A stretch of DNA of 64,000 bases from positions 14,273 to 78,272 of the forward strand of contig JAMOBD010000005.1 in assembly GCA_039908345.1 (NCBI GenBank), written 5' to 3'. Positions 50,705 to 61,494 of this stretch are shown in pieces; the stretch's first letter is position 1, and the number at the start of each line of letters is the position of its first letter. The DNA comes from Magnetospirillum sp. WYHS-4 (lineage in GTDB: Bacteria > Pseudomonadota > Alphaproteobacteria > Rhodospirillales > GLO-3). Under the pieces are notes generated by a model. The model was not told the origin of the DNA. It made no database searches and saw only the letters and a program-made list of their open reading frames with translations. The position numbers were made by a program, and so were the translations under genes.

Positions 50705-52069
50705 ATGGACCTCTACCTGCATAACACGCTGACCCGCACCAAGGAAAAGTTCGAGCCCCTGGTCCCCGGCCGGGTCGGCATGTACGTCTGCGGACCCACG
50801 GTCTACGACTACGCCCATATCGGCAACGCCCGGCCGGTCGTCGTCTTCGACGTGCTGGCGCGCCTTTTGCGGCGGCTCTATCCCCAGGTCACCTACGTCC
50901 GCAACATCACCGACGTGGACGACAAGATCAACGCCGCCGCCCGCGCGTCGGGCGAGACCATCCGCGCCATCACCGAGCGCACCGCCCGGGCCTTCCATGA
51001 GGACATGGCCGCCCTGGGCGCCCTGCCCCCCGACGTGGAGCCGCGCGCCACCGAGCACGTCGCCCAGATGATCGCCCTGGTCCAATCCCTGCTGGCCGCC
51101 GGCCACGCCTACGAGGCGGACGGCCACGTGCTGTTCAGCGTCCCCTCGATGGCCGACTACGGCCGGCTGTCGGGTCGCAACCGCGACGAGATGATCGCCG
51201 GCGCCCGGGTCGAAGTGGCCCCCTACAAGCGCGATCCGGCCGACTTCGTGCTGTGGAAGCCGTCGGAAGACGGCATCCCCGGCTGGAACAGTCCCTGGGG
51301 CCGCGGCCGGCCGGGCTGGCACCTGGAATGTTCGGCCATGAGCGGCCAGTATCTGGGCGAGACCTTCGACATCCACGGCGGCGGCCAGGACCTGATCTTC
51401 CCCCACCACGAGAACGAGATCGCCCAATCCACCTGCGCCCATGACGGCGCGCCCTTCGTGCGCTACTGGATGCACAACGGTTTTTTGATGGTGGAAGGCG
51501 AGAAGATGTCCAAGTCGCTCGGCAACTTCTACACCGTCCACGACCTGTTGAAGGAATTCCCCGGCGAGGCCATCCGCCTGGTGCTGCTGCAAACCCACTA
51601 CCGCCAGCCGCTGGACTTCACCAAGGACGGCATCCGCCAGGCCCGCCACATGCTGGACCGCTTCTACGGGGCCTTGCGCAACGCGCCCGCCGCGCCCACG
51701 CCGACGGCGCCGCCGGAACCGGTGCTGGCGGCGTTATCGGACGACCTCAACACGCCCCTGGCTCTCACCCATCTGCACGAGTTGCTAGGCGAGTTGAACC
51801 GCAACGGCGATGCGTCAGCCAAGGGCCGGCTGCTGGCGGCGGCCGGACTGCTGGGCTTGCTGGGCCAAGACCCGGAAGCTTGGCTGCGCTGGACGCCGGA
51901 AGGCGGGGGCGGCCTGGACGACGCGGCCGTCGAGGGACTCATCCAGGCCCGCAAGGATGCCCGCAAAGCCAAGAATTTCGCCGAGGCCGACCGTATCCGC
52001 CAGGAACTGGCCGGCCAAGGCATCCTCCTGGAAGACGGCCCCCAGGGTACCCTCTGGCGGCGGGGATAG
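50705..52069 (+). CDS. cysS: Cysteine-tRNA ligase
   Basis: [17 protein letters not shown] and [11 protein letters not shown]. Confidence 0.95.
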   Translation: MDLYLHNTLTRTKEKFEPLVPGRVGMYVCGPTVYDYAHIGNARPVVVFDVLARLLRRLYPQVTYVRNITDVDDKINAAARASGETIRAITERTARAFHEDMAALGALPPDVEPRATEHVAQMIALVQSLLAAGHAYEADGHVLFSVPSMADYGRLSGRNRDEMIAGARVEVAPYKRDPADFVLWKPSEDGIPGWNSPWGRGRPGWHLECSAMSGQYLGETFDIHGGGQDLIFPHHENEIAQSTCAHDGAPFVRYWMHNGFLMVEGEKMSKSLGNFYTVHDLLKEFPGEAIRLVLLQTHYRQPLDFTKDGIRQARHMLDRFYGALRNAPAAPTPTAPPEPVLAALSDDLNTPLALTHLHELLGELNRNGDASAKGRLLAAAGLLGLLGQDPEAWLRWTPEGGGGLDDAAVEGLIQARKDARKAKNFAEADRIRQELAGQGILLEDGPQGTLWRRG

Positions 52070-52101
52070 CCGTCCGACCCACCGACTGGTAGACTGGAGC
52101 C

Positions 52102-52413
52102 ATGCAACCGCCCGATCTGAGTTTGGTCAGGGAATTCAAGCGGCGGGCCGAGGCAGCCCTGCCCGGCCGAGTGGCGCGTGCCGTCCTGTTCGGCTCGCGG
52201 GCCCGCGGCGAAGCCGAAGCGGATTCCGACTGGGATGTGGCTGTGTTTTTGAAAGATGGCGCGACCATCGAAGACACCGGGCGCCTTGCCGATGCTGCCT
52301 ACGACCTGATCGTGGAAAGCGGCGAGTTCATCCAGCCTATTGCCTTCGCCGAAGGACGGACGGAAGACCTCCAGATTTTGCGCACCATCCGCGACGAGGG
52401 CATCTTGTTGTGA
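52102..52413 (+). CDS. Minimal nucleotidyltransferase (MNT) domain protein, antitoxin-like
   Basis: 103 aa. LFGSRARGEAEADSDWDVAVFL matches the GSxxRG..x..SDxD NTase motif. Confidence 0.75.
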   Translation: MQPPDLSLVREFKRRAEAALPGRVARAVLFGSRARGEAEADSDWDVAVFLKDGATIEDTGRLADAAYDLIVESGEFIQPIAFAEGRTEDLQILRTIRDEGILL

Positions 52414-52802
52414 GCAGAGAGACGGCCCTGCATATGGCGAAGGCCAGGGAATTTCTCCGCCAGGCGACAAGCTACGATGCCGGGACCATGCCCGAGGCCG
52501 CCATCCATCTGGCCTACTACGCCATGTTTCATGCGGCAGTCGCGGTTCTCCGTCGACTGGGCGGCAAGGCGCCTTCCAAACATGCCAGCGTGGTCGGGCA
52601 ATTCGGGCGGATCGTCGCGGATATGGGAGAACCCGCCCGGAGTATCGGGAGAAGCTTCAATCGGGCCCTTGATGTACGTCTCGTTTCCGATTACGGGACC
52701 GAGCGCCAAGATCTCGTCGCCATGGCTCGGAGAATTCTTGCGGACGCCGAAAGGTTCGTCGTCTTTTGCGACACTTGGTTCGACGGTACGAAGCCGCGTT
52801 GA
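52410..52802 (+). CDS. HEPN domain protein, toxin-like partner of the MNT
   Basis: ~130 aa helical protein. The GTG start overlaps the MNT stop (GTGA); an alternative ATG lies at 52434. The A..FL..A....G....AI.LAYYAMFHAA and R..SDY pattern is HEPN-like. Confidence 0.6.
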   Translation: MSRETALHMAKAREFLRQATSYDAGTMPEAAIHLAYYAMFHAAVAVLRRLGGKAPSKHASVVGQFGRIVADMGEPARSIGRSFNRALDVRLVSDYGTERQDLVAMARRILADAERFVVFCDTWFDGTKPR

Positions 52803-52817
52803 TCCCCTCCGACGCGA

Positions 52818-52844
52818 AAGGCCCGGCGGGGTGCGCCGGGCCTT
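52818..52844. terminator. GC-rich hairpin (11-bp perfect stem aaggcccggcg / cgccgggcctt, 5-nt loop) between the convergent HEPN gene and rpsD
   Basis: Read directly from the sequence. No strong T-tract is present on either side. Confidence 0.5.
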
Positions 52845-52870
52845 GGGGTCTCGAAGCCGGGAACCGGCAA

Positions 52871-53485
52871 TCAGCGCGAATAGAATTCGACCACCTGGTG
52901 CGGTTCCATCTGCACCGGGTAGGGCACGTCGGCCAGCTTGGGAGTGCGGACGAAAGTCCCGCGCATCTTCTTGTGATCGACCTCGATGTAGTCGGGCACG
53001 TCGCGCTCGCCCGACTGGGAGGCCTCGAGGACCAGCGGCAGCTCGCGCGAGCGCTCGCGCAGCTCGATCGTGTCGCCTTCCTTGACCTGATAGGACGGAA
53101 TGGTGACGCGCTTACCATTGACCTTGACGTGGCCGTGGTTGACGATCTGGCGGGCGGCGAACACGGTCGGCACGAACTTCATGCGGTAGACCACCGCGTC
53201 CAGGCGGCGCTCCAGGATGCCGATCAGGTTCTCCGAGGTGTCGCCCTTGCGGCGCACGGCCTCGGCGTAGTAGCGGCGGAACTGGCGCTCGCTGACGTTG
53301 CCGTAGTAGCCCTTCAGCTTCTGCTTGGCCAGCAGCTGGATGCCGAAATCGGACGGCTTCTTGCGGCGCTGGCCGTGCTGTCCGGGGCGGTTCTCGCGGG
53401 TGTTGACCGGGCTCTTGGGCCGGCCCCAGAGATTCTCGCCTAAGCGGCGGTTGATCTTGTATTTGGACTTCAGGCGCTTGGTCAT
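52871..53485 (-). CDS. rpsD: 30S ribosomal protein S4
   Basis: [22 protein letters not shown]...[12 protein letters not shown], 204 aa. This is the alphaproteobacterial type. Confidence 0.95.
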   Translation of the reverse strand: MTKRLKSKYKINRRLGENLWGRPKSPVNTRENRPGQHGQRRKKPSDFGIQLLAKQKLKGYYGNVSERQFRRYYAEAVRRKGDTSENLIGILERRLDAVVYRMKFVPTVFAARQIVNHGHVKVNGKRVTIPSYQVKEGDTIELRERSRELPLVLEASQSGERDVPDYIEVDHKKMRGTFVRTPKLADVPYPVQMEPHQVVEFYSR

Positions 53486-53638
53486 CTCGTTTCTCTCTCT
53501 TTGTCTGCCTCGTTGGCATTTGTCCCGGTAGGCCGTCTCCCGAGGGAGGGGCGGGGCGCGGTCCACGGAGGGACGCCCGCATTCCCGGAAATGAAGGCGC
53601 GCACTATAGCGGGAACGCCCGCCTTGTCAAATCCGCCG

Positions 53639-54514
53639 CTATAGCCTGCGCAGGAAGCGCGGACGCAGGGCGGACGCTCCCTGGCGGGCGGCCCGGACCT
53701 CCGCCAGCAGGCGACCGCGGTCCTTGGGCAGGGTACCGGCCAAGGCCAGGCAGTTGGAGGCGTGGTTGGACCGGAAGATGACGGGCGTGGCGGGCTCCAG
53801 GCCGGACAGCAGCCGTTCCTGTTCCGCTAGGATTCCGATATCGTCCTGAGGTTCGTACTCGCCTTCCCAGCAGGCCAGGAAGCGGGGCACGACCGTATCT
53901 TCCAGGTAGAGTTGGAGGGTGGAGAGAAAATGAGGTGCGGCGCGGTTGACCACCGCCACCGTACCGTCGACATGATCCTCCCAGTAGCGCCGTCCGCCCA
54001 GGCCCAGAACCACCGTAGCGGAGATCTTCAGTCCCGCCCCGCGGGCCCGTTCCAGCGCCGCGGCCATGGAAGCGGGCGTGGCGCCCTTGCGGATGTGCCG
54101 CAGCACCCGGCCCGAGCCGGACTCGATGCCGACATAGACCAGGGTCAGGCCCCGGTCGCGCAGGCCGCGCAACTCGTCCGAAGTCTTGCCCAGCAGGTTG
54201 ACCGGGGTGGCGTAGCAGGACACCCGCGCCAGATCCGGAAAGGTCGCCCGCAGGTGGTCCAGGATGCGGAAAAGATGGTCCGTCGGCAAGGTGAGCGCGT
54301 CGCCGTCGGCCAGGAAAACCCGATGGGCTTCCGGCCAGTCGGCGGCGGCGGCGGCGATGTCGGCGAAGACGTCTTCAAGCGTCCGGATGCGGAAGGTCTT
54401 GGCCTTGTACATGGAACAGAAGGTGCAGCCGTTGAAGCTGCACCCCAGAGTGACCTGGAGGATCAGGTTGTCGCCCTCGCTGGGCGGGCGGTAGAGAGGC
54501 ATGTCGTAGAGCAT
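53639..54514 (-). CDS. Radical SAM protein, Elp3-like core
   Basis: PLYRPPSEGDNLILQVTLGCSFNGCTFCSMY, where the cluster motif has CX4CX2C spacing, and VGIESGS. Confidence 0.75.
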   Translation of the reverse strand: MLYDMPLYRPPSEGDNLILQVTLGCSFNGCTFCSMYKAKTFRIRTLEDVFADIAAAAADWPEAHRVFLADGDALTLPTDHLFRILDHLRATFPDLARVSCYATPVNLLGKTSDELRGLRDRGLTLVYVGIESGSGRVLRHIRKGATPASMAAALERARGAGLKISATVVLGLGGRRYWEDHVDGTVAVVNRAAPHFLSTLQLYLEDTVVPRFLACWEGEYEPQDDIGILAEQERLLSGLEPATPVIFRSNHASNCLALAGTLPKDRGRLLAEVRAARQGASALRPRFLRRL

Positions 54515-54582
54515 GCGGCAGACTCTAACGCCCTTTTTTCCTTTGTGGTAGAAGGGGGAGGAAGGAGACAGGGAGGAACCTC

Positions 54583-56169
54583 TTGGCCAAGACCCCGCAA
54601 CCCCCGGCGCCGCCCGTCAAGGCAGTGCGCAAGGCAACCGTCCGCCGGGTCGAGAAGGCGCCGGCTCCCACCGCCGTTACGCCCGTCCCGATCGCGCCGG
54701 CCCCGACCCAGACCGCGGTGAAGGCGCCGCCCCCGGTCGCGTCCAAGGCGCCGCGTCCGCCCCTGAACCCCAACGCCGCCAGCCCCTCCGGCATGCGCGA
54801 GCGGGAGGCCTTGCGGCTCTTCACCCTGGCCGCCGATCTTCACCGCCAAGGACGCTTGGACGACGCCATCAAGGGCTATGCCCGTGCCCTCGCCCTCGAT
54901 CCCCGCATGGCCGATGCCTACAACAACCTGGGAGTTGCCCTGCGGTCCCAGAAGAAGTTTGGGGCGGCAGTGGCCGCCTATCGCCGCTCGCTCACCTACC
55001 GTCCCGACAATCCGGGCGTCTATTCCAACCTGGGAAACGCGTTGCGCGACGCCAACCGGATGGAGGAATCGGTCGCCGCCCACCGCAGGGCGGTGGAGTT
55101 GGCCGACGGGTCGGTGGAAGCCGTCTACAACTTGGCCCTGGCCCAGCGGGATGCCGGCGATCTGGCGGCTGCGATGCGGGGCTTCGAGGATGTGCTCCGC
55201 CGCCAGCCCGATCACGTGGACTGCCACTGGGACCGGGCGCTCGGCTTCCTGGTCACCGGCGATCTGAAACGCGGCTTCGAGGAATACGAATGGCGCTGGA
55301 AGCTGGATCGCAGCCCGCCCCGCCAGTTCCCCCAGCCGGCCTGGGACGGATCGGCCCTGAAGGGCCGCAGCCTTCTGGTGCATCAGGAGCAGGGTTTCGG
55401 CGACATGATCCAGTTCGTCCGCTACCTGCCCATACTGAAGCGCAGCCACCCCGACTCGACGGTCATCCTGGAATGCCAGCCCGAACTGGCCCGCCTGTTC
55501 TCGGGCGTCCCGGGTGCCGACCGGGTGGTGGTGCAAGGCGGCAGCCTGCCGCCTTTCGACGTGCATATTCCCCTGCTCAGCCTGGCCCGCGTCTTCTCGA
55601 CCAGCCTGGAGACCGTTCCGGCCTCCATCCCCTATCTCCGGGCCCCGGAAATGCACAGCGTCCATCTGCCCGCCCCGCCCGATCAACTCAAGGTCGGCCT
55701 GGCTTGGGCGGGTAAGCCCAGCCATCGCAACGACCGCAACCGCTCGGTCTCCTTCGAGCGGTTCCTGCCCCTGCTCGAGGTCGCCGACGTATTCTTCTTC
55801 AGTCTGCAGAAGGGCGAATCGGCAGCGGACCTGGACCGGCTCTGCACCGAAGCCCTGATCATGGACATCGGTCCACGCATGCAGGATTTCGCCGATACCG
55901 CCGCCGCCCTCCAGCAACTCGACCTGCTGATCGGCGTCGACACCTCGGTCGTGCATCTGGCCGGAGCGCTCGGCCGTCCGGCCTGGGTGCTGCTGCCCTA
56001 TTCCCCCGACTGGCGCTGGCTGCTCGATCGCGCCGACAATCCCTGGTACCCGAGCCTGCGCCTGTTCCGCCAGAATCATCCCGGCCAGTGGGACGACGTC
56101 TTCCTCAAGGTGCGCGACGCCCTGGCGGAGGTAGCCAGAAGCAGACGGCGGGCGGGCGCCGCCAGATGA
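54583..56169 (+). CDS. TPR-repeat protein with a C-terminal glycosyltransferase-family-9-like domain
   Basis: P/A-rich N-terminus, ~5 TPR repeats (AYNNLGVALR, VYSNLGNALR), then LLVHQEQGFGDMIQFVRYLP. The TTG start has GGGAGG 7 nt upstream. Confidence 0.75.
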   Translation: MAKTPQPPAPPVKAVRKATVRRVEKAPAPTAVTPVPIAPAPTQTAVKAPPPVASKAPRPPLNPNAASPSGMREREALRLFTLAADLHRQGRLDDAIKGYARALALDPRMADAYNNLGVALRSQKKFGAAVAAYRRSLTYRPDNPGVYSNLGNALRDANRMEESVAAHRRAVELADGSVEAVYNLALAQRDAGDLAAAMRGFEDVLRRQPDHVDCHWDRALGFLVTGDLKRGFEEYEWRWKLDRSPPRQFPQPAWDGSALKGRSLLVHQEQGFGDMIQFVRYLPILKRSHPDSTVILECQPELARLFSGVPGADRVVVQGGSLPPFDVHIPLLSLARVFSTSLETVPASIPYLRAPEMHSVHLPAPPDQLKVGLAWAGKPSHRNDRNRSVSFERFLPLLEVADVFFFSLQKGESAADLDRLCTEALIMDIGPRMQDFADTAAALQQLDLLIGVDTSVVHLAGALGRPAWVLLPYSPDWRWLLDRADNPWYPSLRLFRQNHPGQWDDVFLKVRDALAEVARSRRRAGAAR

Positions 56170-56626
56170 CGGCCGCCCTTGCGGCCAGTTCCGTCTCCGC
56201 GTCCCAATCGTCGGCCACCCGGATCAGGTGGGAGGGGCAACGCCGGCAGTCGCTGCTGCCGAAGCCGGGCGCCGGAACGACAGCCCCCGGCAGGCTCAAG
56301 GCGTAGGCGGCGAGCGCGCATTCGTCGCCGTCGGGAAAGCCGATGACCGCCGCCGCACCCGCCGCGTTGGTCAGGCGGTCCACGTGCCAGCGCACCGTTT
56401 TCCCGCCTTTCAGGTGGCGCCGCACCCGGGCGCGGATGCCGCCCGACCCGTGGGCGCTGCCGGCATAGAGGTAGCGACCCTCGGCCAAAGTGGCGGCCGG
56501 CCGGCCCGGTAGAGCGACGGTGACCGGCCCCAGCAGATCGAAGACCAGCAGATAGGCCCCGGCCAGGGCGGGCAGATCTTCCGCGTCCTCGACCGCGACC
56601 ATTTGTGACGGAAATGACGGCGCCAT
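56105..56626 (-). CDS. DUF123 / GIY-YIG-like (Uri superfamily) nuclease-fold protein
   Basis: GRYLYAGSAHGSGGIRARVRRHLKGGKTVRWHVDRL matches the G.Y.Y.GSA....R..RH.....K..WH.D.L pattern. The 3' end overlaps the convergent TPR gene by 65 nt. Confidence 0.65.
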   Translation of the reverse strand: MAPSFPSQMVAVEDAEDLPALAGAYLLVFDLLGPVTVALPGRPAATLAEGRYLYAGSAHGSGGIRARVRRHLKGGKTVRWHVDRLTNAAGAAAVIGFPDGDECALAAYALSLPGAVVPAPGFGSSDCRRCPSHLIRVADDWDAETELAARAAVIWRRPPAVCFWLPPPGRRAP

Positions 56627-56706
56627 GGTGAATAAAGTCTTTACCTTTATGACCGAAGACTTGTCGAGGCGATTGACCGCTGCCGGGGGGCGGAGCAGAT
56701 TGGAAA

Positions 56707-58533
56707 ATGGCAAAGAAGCAGTATAGAGACGGAGACGTCATTTTCCGCGAGGGCGACCCGAGCGACAGCGCCTATGTCATAGAGGGCGGTGCCGTCGAGC
56801 TTTCCAAGGCCAGCGACCGCGAGCCGGTACAGCTTGCGCGCCTGAAGACGGGCGAGATGTTCGGGGAGATGGGCATCCTGGACGGCAGCGGCCGCAGCGC
56901 CACGGCCGTCGCCGCCGGCAAGGTGAAAGTCCGCGAGATCGGGCGCGACGAATTCCTGAGGCAATTGGAAACCGATTCGGCCATGGCGCTATCCATCATC
57001 AGGAAACTGGTTCAGAGGCTCCGGGCCGCCGACGAAATGCTGGCCCAGGGTTCCGCCAAACAGGAAGTGGCGCGGCTGCGCCGCGATCCGACGCGGGCGA
57101 CCCGTCCCGGCCTGTTCGGACGCCTGTTCGGTGGCGGCGGCACGCCGACCGGGCGCATCGAAGTCCGCATCTCCCAGTTGCCCGGCGAAAGGGGTGCCGA
57201 ACTGACCAAGCTGCTGGCCGACACCTTGGGGCGGAGCAAGGGCCTTTCCGTGCGGCCCATCAAGGAGATCCTGGCGGTCGATGCCTCGGTCGAGCCTCCC
57301 CGCCGCCTGGCGATCGCCGCCGAAACCGGGCGGCAATGGCTGGGCCCTTTGAAGGCGGACCTGCTGATCTGGGGCGAATTTCCCGCCACCGGTGCCAGCG
57401 TGCATCTGCGTTTCGTATCAGCCCTGGTCGATCGCGCCGACCGCGCCGGGCTGTTCTCGACCGGCACGACGCTGGTCCTACCGGCCAATTTCCCGCCCGA
57501 GTTCGGCCATCTGCTGGCCGCCGTCGCCCTGGCCGCCACGGTAGTCGGTGACGAGACGCGCACGGCGGCGCAGCGCCAAGCTCTGGCCGAAGCCTTGGAA
57601 GCCGCCCAGCCCCTGATGCGGCAACTGCCCAAGGAACTGGTATCCAAGGAACGGGCGGCGATCCAGAACTGCTACGGCAACGCGGTGGCGACGCTCGCCA
57701 CCCTTGGCGGTCCGGCCGAGATGTACCAGGTGGCGGCCCATGCCTACCGTTCCGCCCTGGAGGGCCTGTCCAGGGACCATGCGCCGCTCGACTGGGCCAT
57801 GGCCCAGCGCAACCTGGGCTGCGTGCTGATGGCCCTGGCCGAGCGCACCAACGACTCCGAGACCTTGGGTGCCGCCGCCAACCTGTTCCGTTCCGTCCTG
57901 CAGATACTCACCCGGGCCGAACAGCCCTTCGAATGGGCCACCACCCAGGCCCGCCTGGGGCAGGTGCTCTACCGCCTCGATTTAAGGACCGGGGACGTCG
58001 ATCTGCTCAAGGAAGCGCTGGCCGCCCTGCAAGGCGCCTTGCAGGTGATCGGGCGTCATGACGACCCCTTGCGCTGGGCCGATCTGTTGAACAGCTTCGC
58101 CCAGACCGCGCAGGTGCTGGGTGGCGAGTTGCGCCATATCGAACTGTTGGAAAGGGCGGTGTCGGCCTGCGAGTCCGCCCTCCAGGTGCGGACACGGACG
58201 GAACATCCTCAACTTTTCGCGGCCACCCAGAACAACCGGGGATCGGCCCTGTTCCTGCTGGGCCGCCTGACCGGGCGCATGGAGCCCGTCGCCGGGGCGG
58301 CCGACGCCTTCCGGCAGGCCTGCGAGGTCTACCGCACCGAGGGCGCCGAACGCATGGCGGCCATCGCCGAGAAGAACCTCGCCCATGTGGAAGAGACCCT
58401 GCCCGCCCGCCGCTCCGAGCGTCGCGACCCCCCCGCCGGCCGCCGCGCCTGGTTCGAAGACGAGGAATCCGACCCGGCCCCGGCACCCGCGCCTCGCCCC
58501 CTGACGATCAGCCCGGAGGATAAGGTACGGTGA
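56707..58533 (+). CDS. Cyclic-nucleotide-binding domain protein fused to an unassigned middle domain and TPR-like repeats
   Basis: N-terminal cNMP-binding fold ([20 protein letters not shown]...[10 protein letters not shown].....RSATAVA). The C-terminal half carries repeated P(L/F).WA..Q.NLG units. Confidence 0.75.
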   Translation: MAKKQYRDGDVIFREGDPSDSAYVIEGGAVELSKASDREPVQLARLKTGEMFGEMGILDGSGRSATAVAAGKVKVREIGRDEFLRQLETDSAMALSIIRKLVQRLRAADEMLAQGSAKQEVARLRRDPTRATRPGLFGRLFGGGGTPTGRIEVRISQLPGERGAELTKLLADTLGRSKGLSVRPIKEILAVDASVEPPRRLAIAAETGRQWLGPLKADLLIWGEFPATGASVHLRFVSALVDRADRAGLFSTGTTLVLPANFPPEFGHLLAAVALAATVVGDETRTAAQRQALAEALEAAQPLMRQLPKELVSKERAAIQNCYGNAVATLATLGGPAEMYQVAAHAYRSALEGLSRDHAPLDWAMAQRNLGCVLMALAERTNDSETLGAAANLFRSVLQILTRAEQPFEWATTQARLGQVLYRLDLRTGDVDLLKEALAALQGALQVIGRHDDPLRWADLLNSFAQTAQVLGGELRHIELLERAVSACESALQVRTRTEHPQLFAATQNNRGSALFLLGRLTGRMEPVAGAADAFRQACEVYRTEGAERMAAIAEKNLAHVEETLPARRSERRDPPAGRRAWFEDEESDPAPAPAPRPLTISPEDKVR

Positions 58534-61231
58534 ACGAGAACGTCGCCCCTTCCCCCGGCCGGCTGTGCACGGCGATGCGGCCGCCCTGGCGTTCGACGAT
58601 GCTGCGGCAAATGGCCAGCCCCAAGCCGCTGCCCGACGGATTGCCGGTGCCGCCCGCCGCCAGCTGGTAGAATTTCTCGAAGATCTTGTCCTGCAGATCG
58701 GGCTCGATGCCGGGGCCGTTGTCACGGACGAAGACCGCCGCCTCGCCCTCGCCCGGCTCCATCCACATTTCCACCCGCCCGGTGCCCGGCCCGCAGACCT
58801 TCTGGGCATTGGACAACAGGTTGATGACCACCCTCGTCAGATGGTCGCGGTCGGCCCGCACCAGGGGCGAGGGAGCAGGCAGGCGCAAGTCGAGACCGAC
58901 ATCTCTTTCCTCGAATATCCCCCTCAGCGAAGCGGCAGCGTCGTTCAGCAGGCCGGCCAAGTCCAGGTCTTCCAGATGCCAATCCATCCGGCCGGCCTCG
59001 ATCTTCGCCAGGTCGAGCACCTGATTGACCAGGCGCGTGAGACGCTCGCTCTCGCGGATGACGATGGACAAGAACTCGCCCCGCTGGGTGGCGTCCAGTT
59101 CCGGGTTGTCGAACAGGATCTCGGAAAAGGAGCGGATCGAGGTCAAGGGCGTGCGCAACTCGTGGGTGACGGTGGATAGGAACTCGTCCTTCATGCGGTC
59201 CAGTTCCTTGAGTCGCTGGTTGGCGGCCTGCAGTTCCCGTGTGGCGGCTTCGAGTTCCTGGGATTTGTGTTCGAGCTGCCGGCTGTATTCGAGCACCTGG
59301 GAGGTCTCGTCCAGCACCTCCATGATCTCCTCGATGCCGATGCCCTCGCCCTGCACCGTGGTGGCGATCATCACCCGCGCCGAAGCCGCCCCGATGGCTC
59401 CGGCTAACAGCCGTTCCACATATTGCACCAGGTCGGCGTCGGCCTCGGTCCGCTTGTCGATGTCGAAGCCGTGCCGGCGGCCGAAGTCGGCGAAGGCCTG
59501 CTGGGCCCTTTCGCGGCCGATGAAGCGGGCCGCCAGTTCCCGAAGGTCGGCAACCGCGGCCTTGCCCCGCCAAGCTCCCAGGCCACGCCCCGATTCGGAC
59601 TGGCTGAAGACCTCGACGAACAGGGTGGCCTGGATACGTTCGATGGTGCTTTTGCTTCCTGCCAGCGAGACCGCAACATAGCCGCCGACATTGGCGGCAA
59701 GGCTCCAGAACAGGGAGTGCGAGATGGAATCCAGCCCCTCCAGCCCGAACAGGGCGTAGGGCTTGAGCAGGTGCAGCCCGAAGGGCCCCAGATCGACGAT
59801 GGATTCCGGCAGCCATCCCGACTTGGCGAAGGAAGGCAGCAACAGGGTGTAGGCCCAGACGGCGAATCCGGCCGACAGTCCGGCCACCGCCCCCTGGCGC
59901 GAACCGCCCTTCCAGTAGATGCCGCCCAGGATGGCAGGGGCGAACTGGGCGGCGGCCGCGAACGAGACCAAGCCGATGGTGACCAGGGCATAAGACTCGC
60001 CGATCAGCCGGAAATAGAGATACCCCAGCAGAATGATGAACAGTATGGCGCCCCGGCGGATACCCAGCAGCAGGCCGGACAGGTCGCTCCGCTCCGACAG
60101 GTGCAGGCGGCCGAAGCGCAACAGCACCGGCATGATCAGGTCGTTGCAGACCATGGTGGATAGGGCGATGGTCTCGACGATCACCATGCCGGTCGCCGCC
60201 GACAGGCCCCCGATGAACACCAGCAGCGCCAGATAGGGAGCGCCCTCGGCCAAGGGCAGGGCGAGCACGAAGGTGTCGGTGTCCAACGCCCCGCCGGGAA
60301 AGCGCAGCAAGCCGCCCAAGGTGATCGGCAGGACGAACAGGTTTATGGCGAAAAGGTAGAGCGGGAACAGCCAGACGGCCTTTTCCAGATGGCGCTCGTC
60401 CACGTTCTCCACCACCGTGACCTGGAACTGGCGGGGCAGGAAGATGATCGCCGCCATGGACAGCAGGGTCAGCGTGATCCAATTGGGACCGATCGCCTCG
60501 ACGCTCATCAGGCGGGCCAGTTGCGGTTGGGCTGCCGCCTGGCGAAACAACTCGCCGGGACTGCCGAAGATGCCGAAGGCGACGAATGCCCCGACGGCCA
60601 GAAAGGCCAGCAGCTTGACGATGGATTCGAAGGCGATGGCGGCGACCATCCCCTCGTGGTGCTCGGTGGCGTCGATATGGCGGGTGCCGAACAGGATGGT
60701 GAATAGGGCCAGCACCATGGCCACGAGCAGGGCGGTGTCCTCGAAGGGACTGGCCGACATGGGATGGGCGGCGGCCAGGTCCGGGTAGTGCAGCAACACC
60801 GCGAAGCTGGAGGACACGGCTTTCAACTGCAAGGAGATGTACGGCATGATCCCGACCACCGCGATCACCGTCACCAAGCCGCCGAGCAGGTGGCTCTTGC
60901 CGTAGCGCGACGATACGAAGTCGGCGATGGAGGTGATGTGGTGCACCTTGCTGATGCGGACGATCTTGCGGATCACCGCCCAACCGAGGGCGAACATCAA
61001 AGTGGGGCCCAGGTAGATGGGCAAAAAACCCAATCCGGTCGACGCGGCACGGCCGACACTGCCGTAGAAGGTCCAGGAGGTGCAATAGACGGCGATCGAC
61101 AGGGCGTAGATGGAGGAATGGCCGATCAGACTGCGGCCGCGGTCGGCGCGGCGGTCTCCGTAATAGGCAATGGCGAACAGCAGGCTCAGGTAGCCGAAGG
61201 AGGTGAGAAGGATCAGCCAACCCGGCAGCAC
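58508..61231 (-). CDS. Sodium:solute symporter (SSF/SLC5)-STAC-histidine kinase fusion (CbrA/CrbS-like sensor)
   Basis: 907 aa. ~13 TM SSF domain. STAC-like linker ([32 protein letters not shown]). H-box [11 protein letters not shown]. HATPase ([19 protein letters not shown]). No receiver domain. Confidence 0.85.
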   Translation of the reverse strand: MLPGWLILLTSFGYLSLLFAIAYYGDRRADRGRSLIGHSSIYALSIAVYCTSWTFYGSVGRAASTGLGFLPIYLGPTLMFALGWAVIRKIVRISKVHHITSIADFVSSRYGKSHLLGGLVTVIAVVGIMPYISLQLKAVSSSFAVLLHYPDLAAAHPMSASPFEDTALLVAMVLALFTILFGTRHIDATEHHEGMVAAIAFESIVKLLAFLAVGAFVAFGIFGSPGELFRQAAAQPQLARLMSVEAIGPNWITLTLLSMAAIIFLPRQFQVTVVENVDERHLEKAVWLFPLYLFAINLFVLPITLGGLLRFPGGALDTDTFVLALPLAEGAPYLALLVFIGGLSAATGMVIVETIALSTMVCNDLIMPVLLRFGRLHLSERSDLSGLLLGIRRGAILFIILLGYLYFRLIGESYALVTIGLVSFAAAAQFAPAILGGIYWKGGSRQGAVAGLSAGFAVWAYTLLLPSFAKSGWLPESIVDLGPFGLHLLKPYALFGLEGLDSISHSLFWSLAANVGGYVAVSLAGSKSTIERIQATLFVEVFSQSESGRGLGAWRGKAAVADLRELAARFIGRERAQQAFADFGRRHGFDIDKRTEADADLVQYVERLLAGAIGAASARVMIATTVQGEGIGIEEIMEVLDETSQVLEYSRQLEHKSQELEAATRELQAANQRLKELDRMKDEFLSTVTHELRTPLTSIRSFSEILFDNPELDATQRGEFLSIVIRESERLTRLVNQVLDLAKIEAGRMDWHLEDLDLAGLLNDAAASLRGIFEERDVGLDLRLPAPSPLVRADRDHLTRVVINLLSNAQKVCGPGTGRVEMWMEPGEGEAAVFVRDNGPGIEPDLQDKIFEKFYQLAAGGTGNPSGSGLGLAICRSIVERQGGRIAVHSRPGEGATFSFTVPYPPG

Positions 61232-61244
61232 CGTCGCCTCCCCG

Positions 61245-61493
61245 TCAGACCGAGAAGTCGAGGGGCGGCGGCTCGCGCGGCGGCGGCACCGCAGGCCGGC
61301 TGCGCATGGCCCAAGCCAGCAGGCCGATCAACAGCCCCCACGCCCCGAAGACGTAGACATAGAGCAGGGGAATACCGGCCAGAACGGTCTCCGGCCCGCG
61401 GTCGAACAGGCGCAGAACCAGGGGGCTGAATAGCGCCAAGCCCAACAGGAAGACCGCCGCCAGACGTTCGCCGGTCGCTTCTTCCCGCCACAT
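61245..61493 (-). CDS. Small two-TM membrane protein preceding the SSF-kinase
   Basis: 82 aa with two hydrophobic segments (LAAVFLLGLALFSPLVL, IPLLYVYVFGAWGLLIGLLAWA). Tightly packed between the response regulator and the kinase. Confidence 0.6.
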   Translation of the reverse strand: MWREEATGERLAAVFLLGLALFSPLVLRLFDRGPETVLAGIPLLYVYVFGAWGLLIGLLAWAMRSRPAVPPPREPPPLDFSV

Positions 61494-61494
61494 C

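Noticed and set aside
58722-61220. 832-aa alternative-frame ORF within the SSF-kinase gene; similar cases occur at 28607-30154, 8792-9874 and 10126-11109.
   Set aside because: These are the same-strand or opposite-strand frames of genes that have strong family motifs. Their translations are R/P/G-rich strings.
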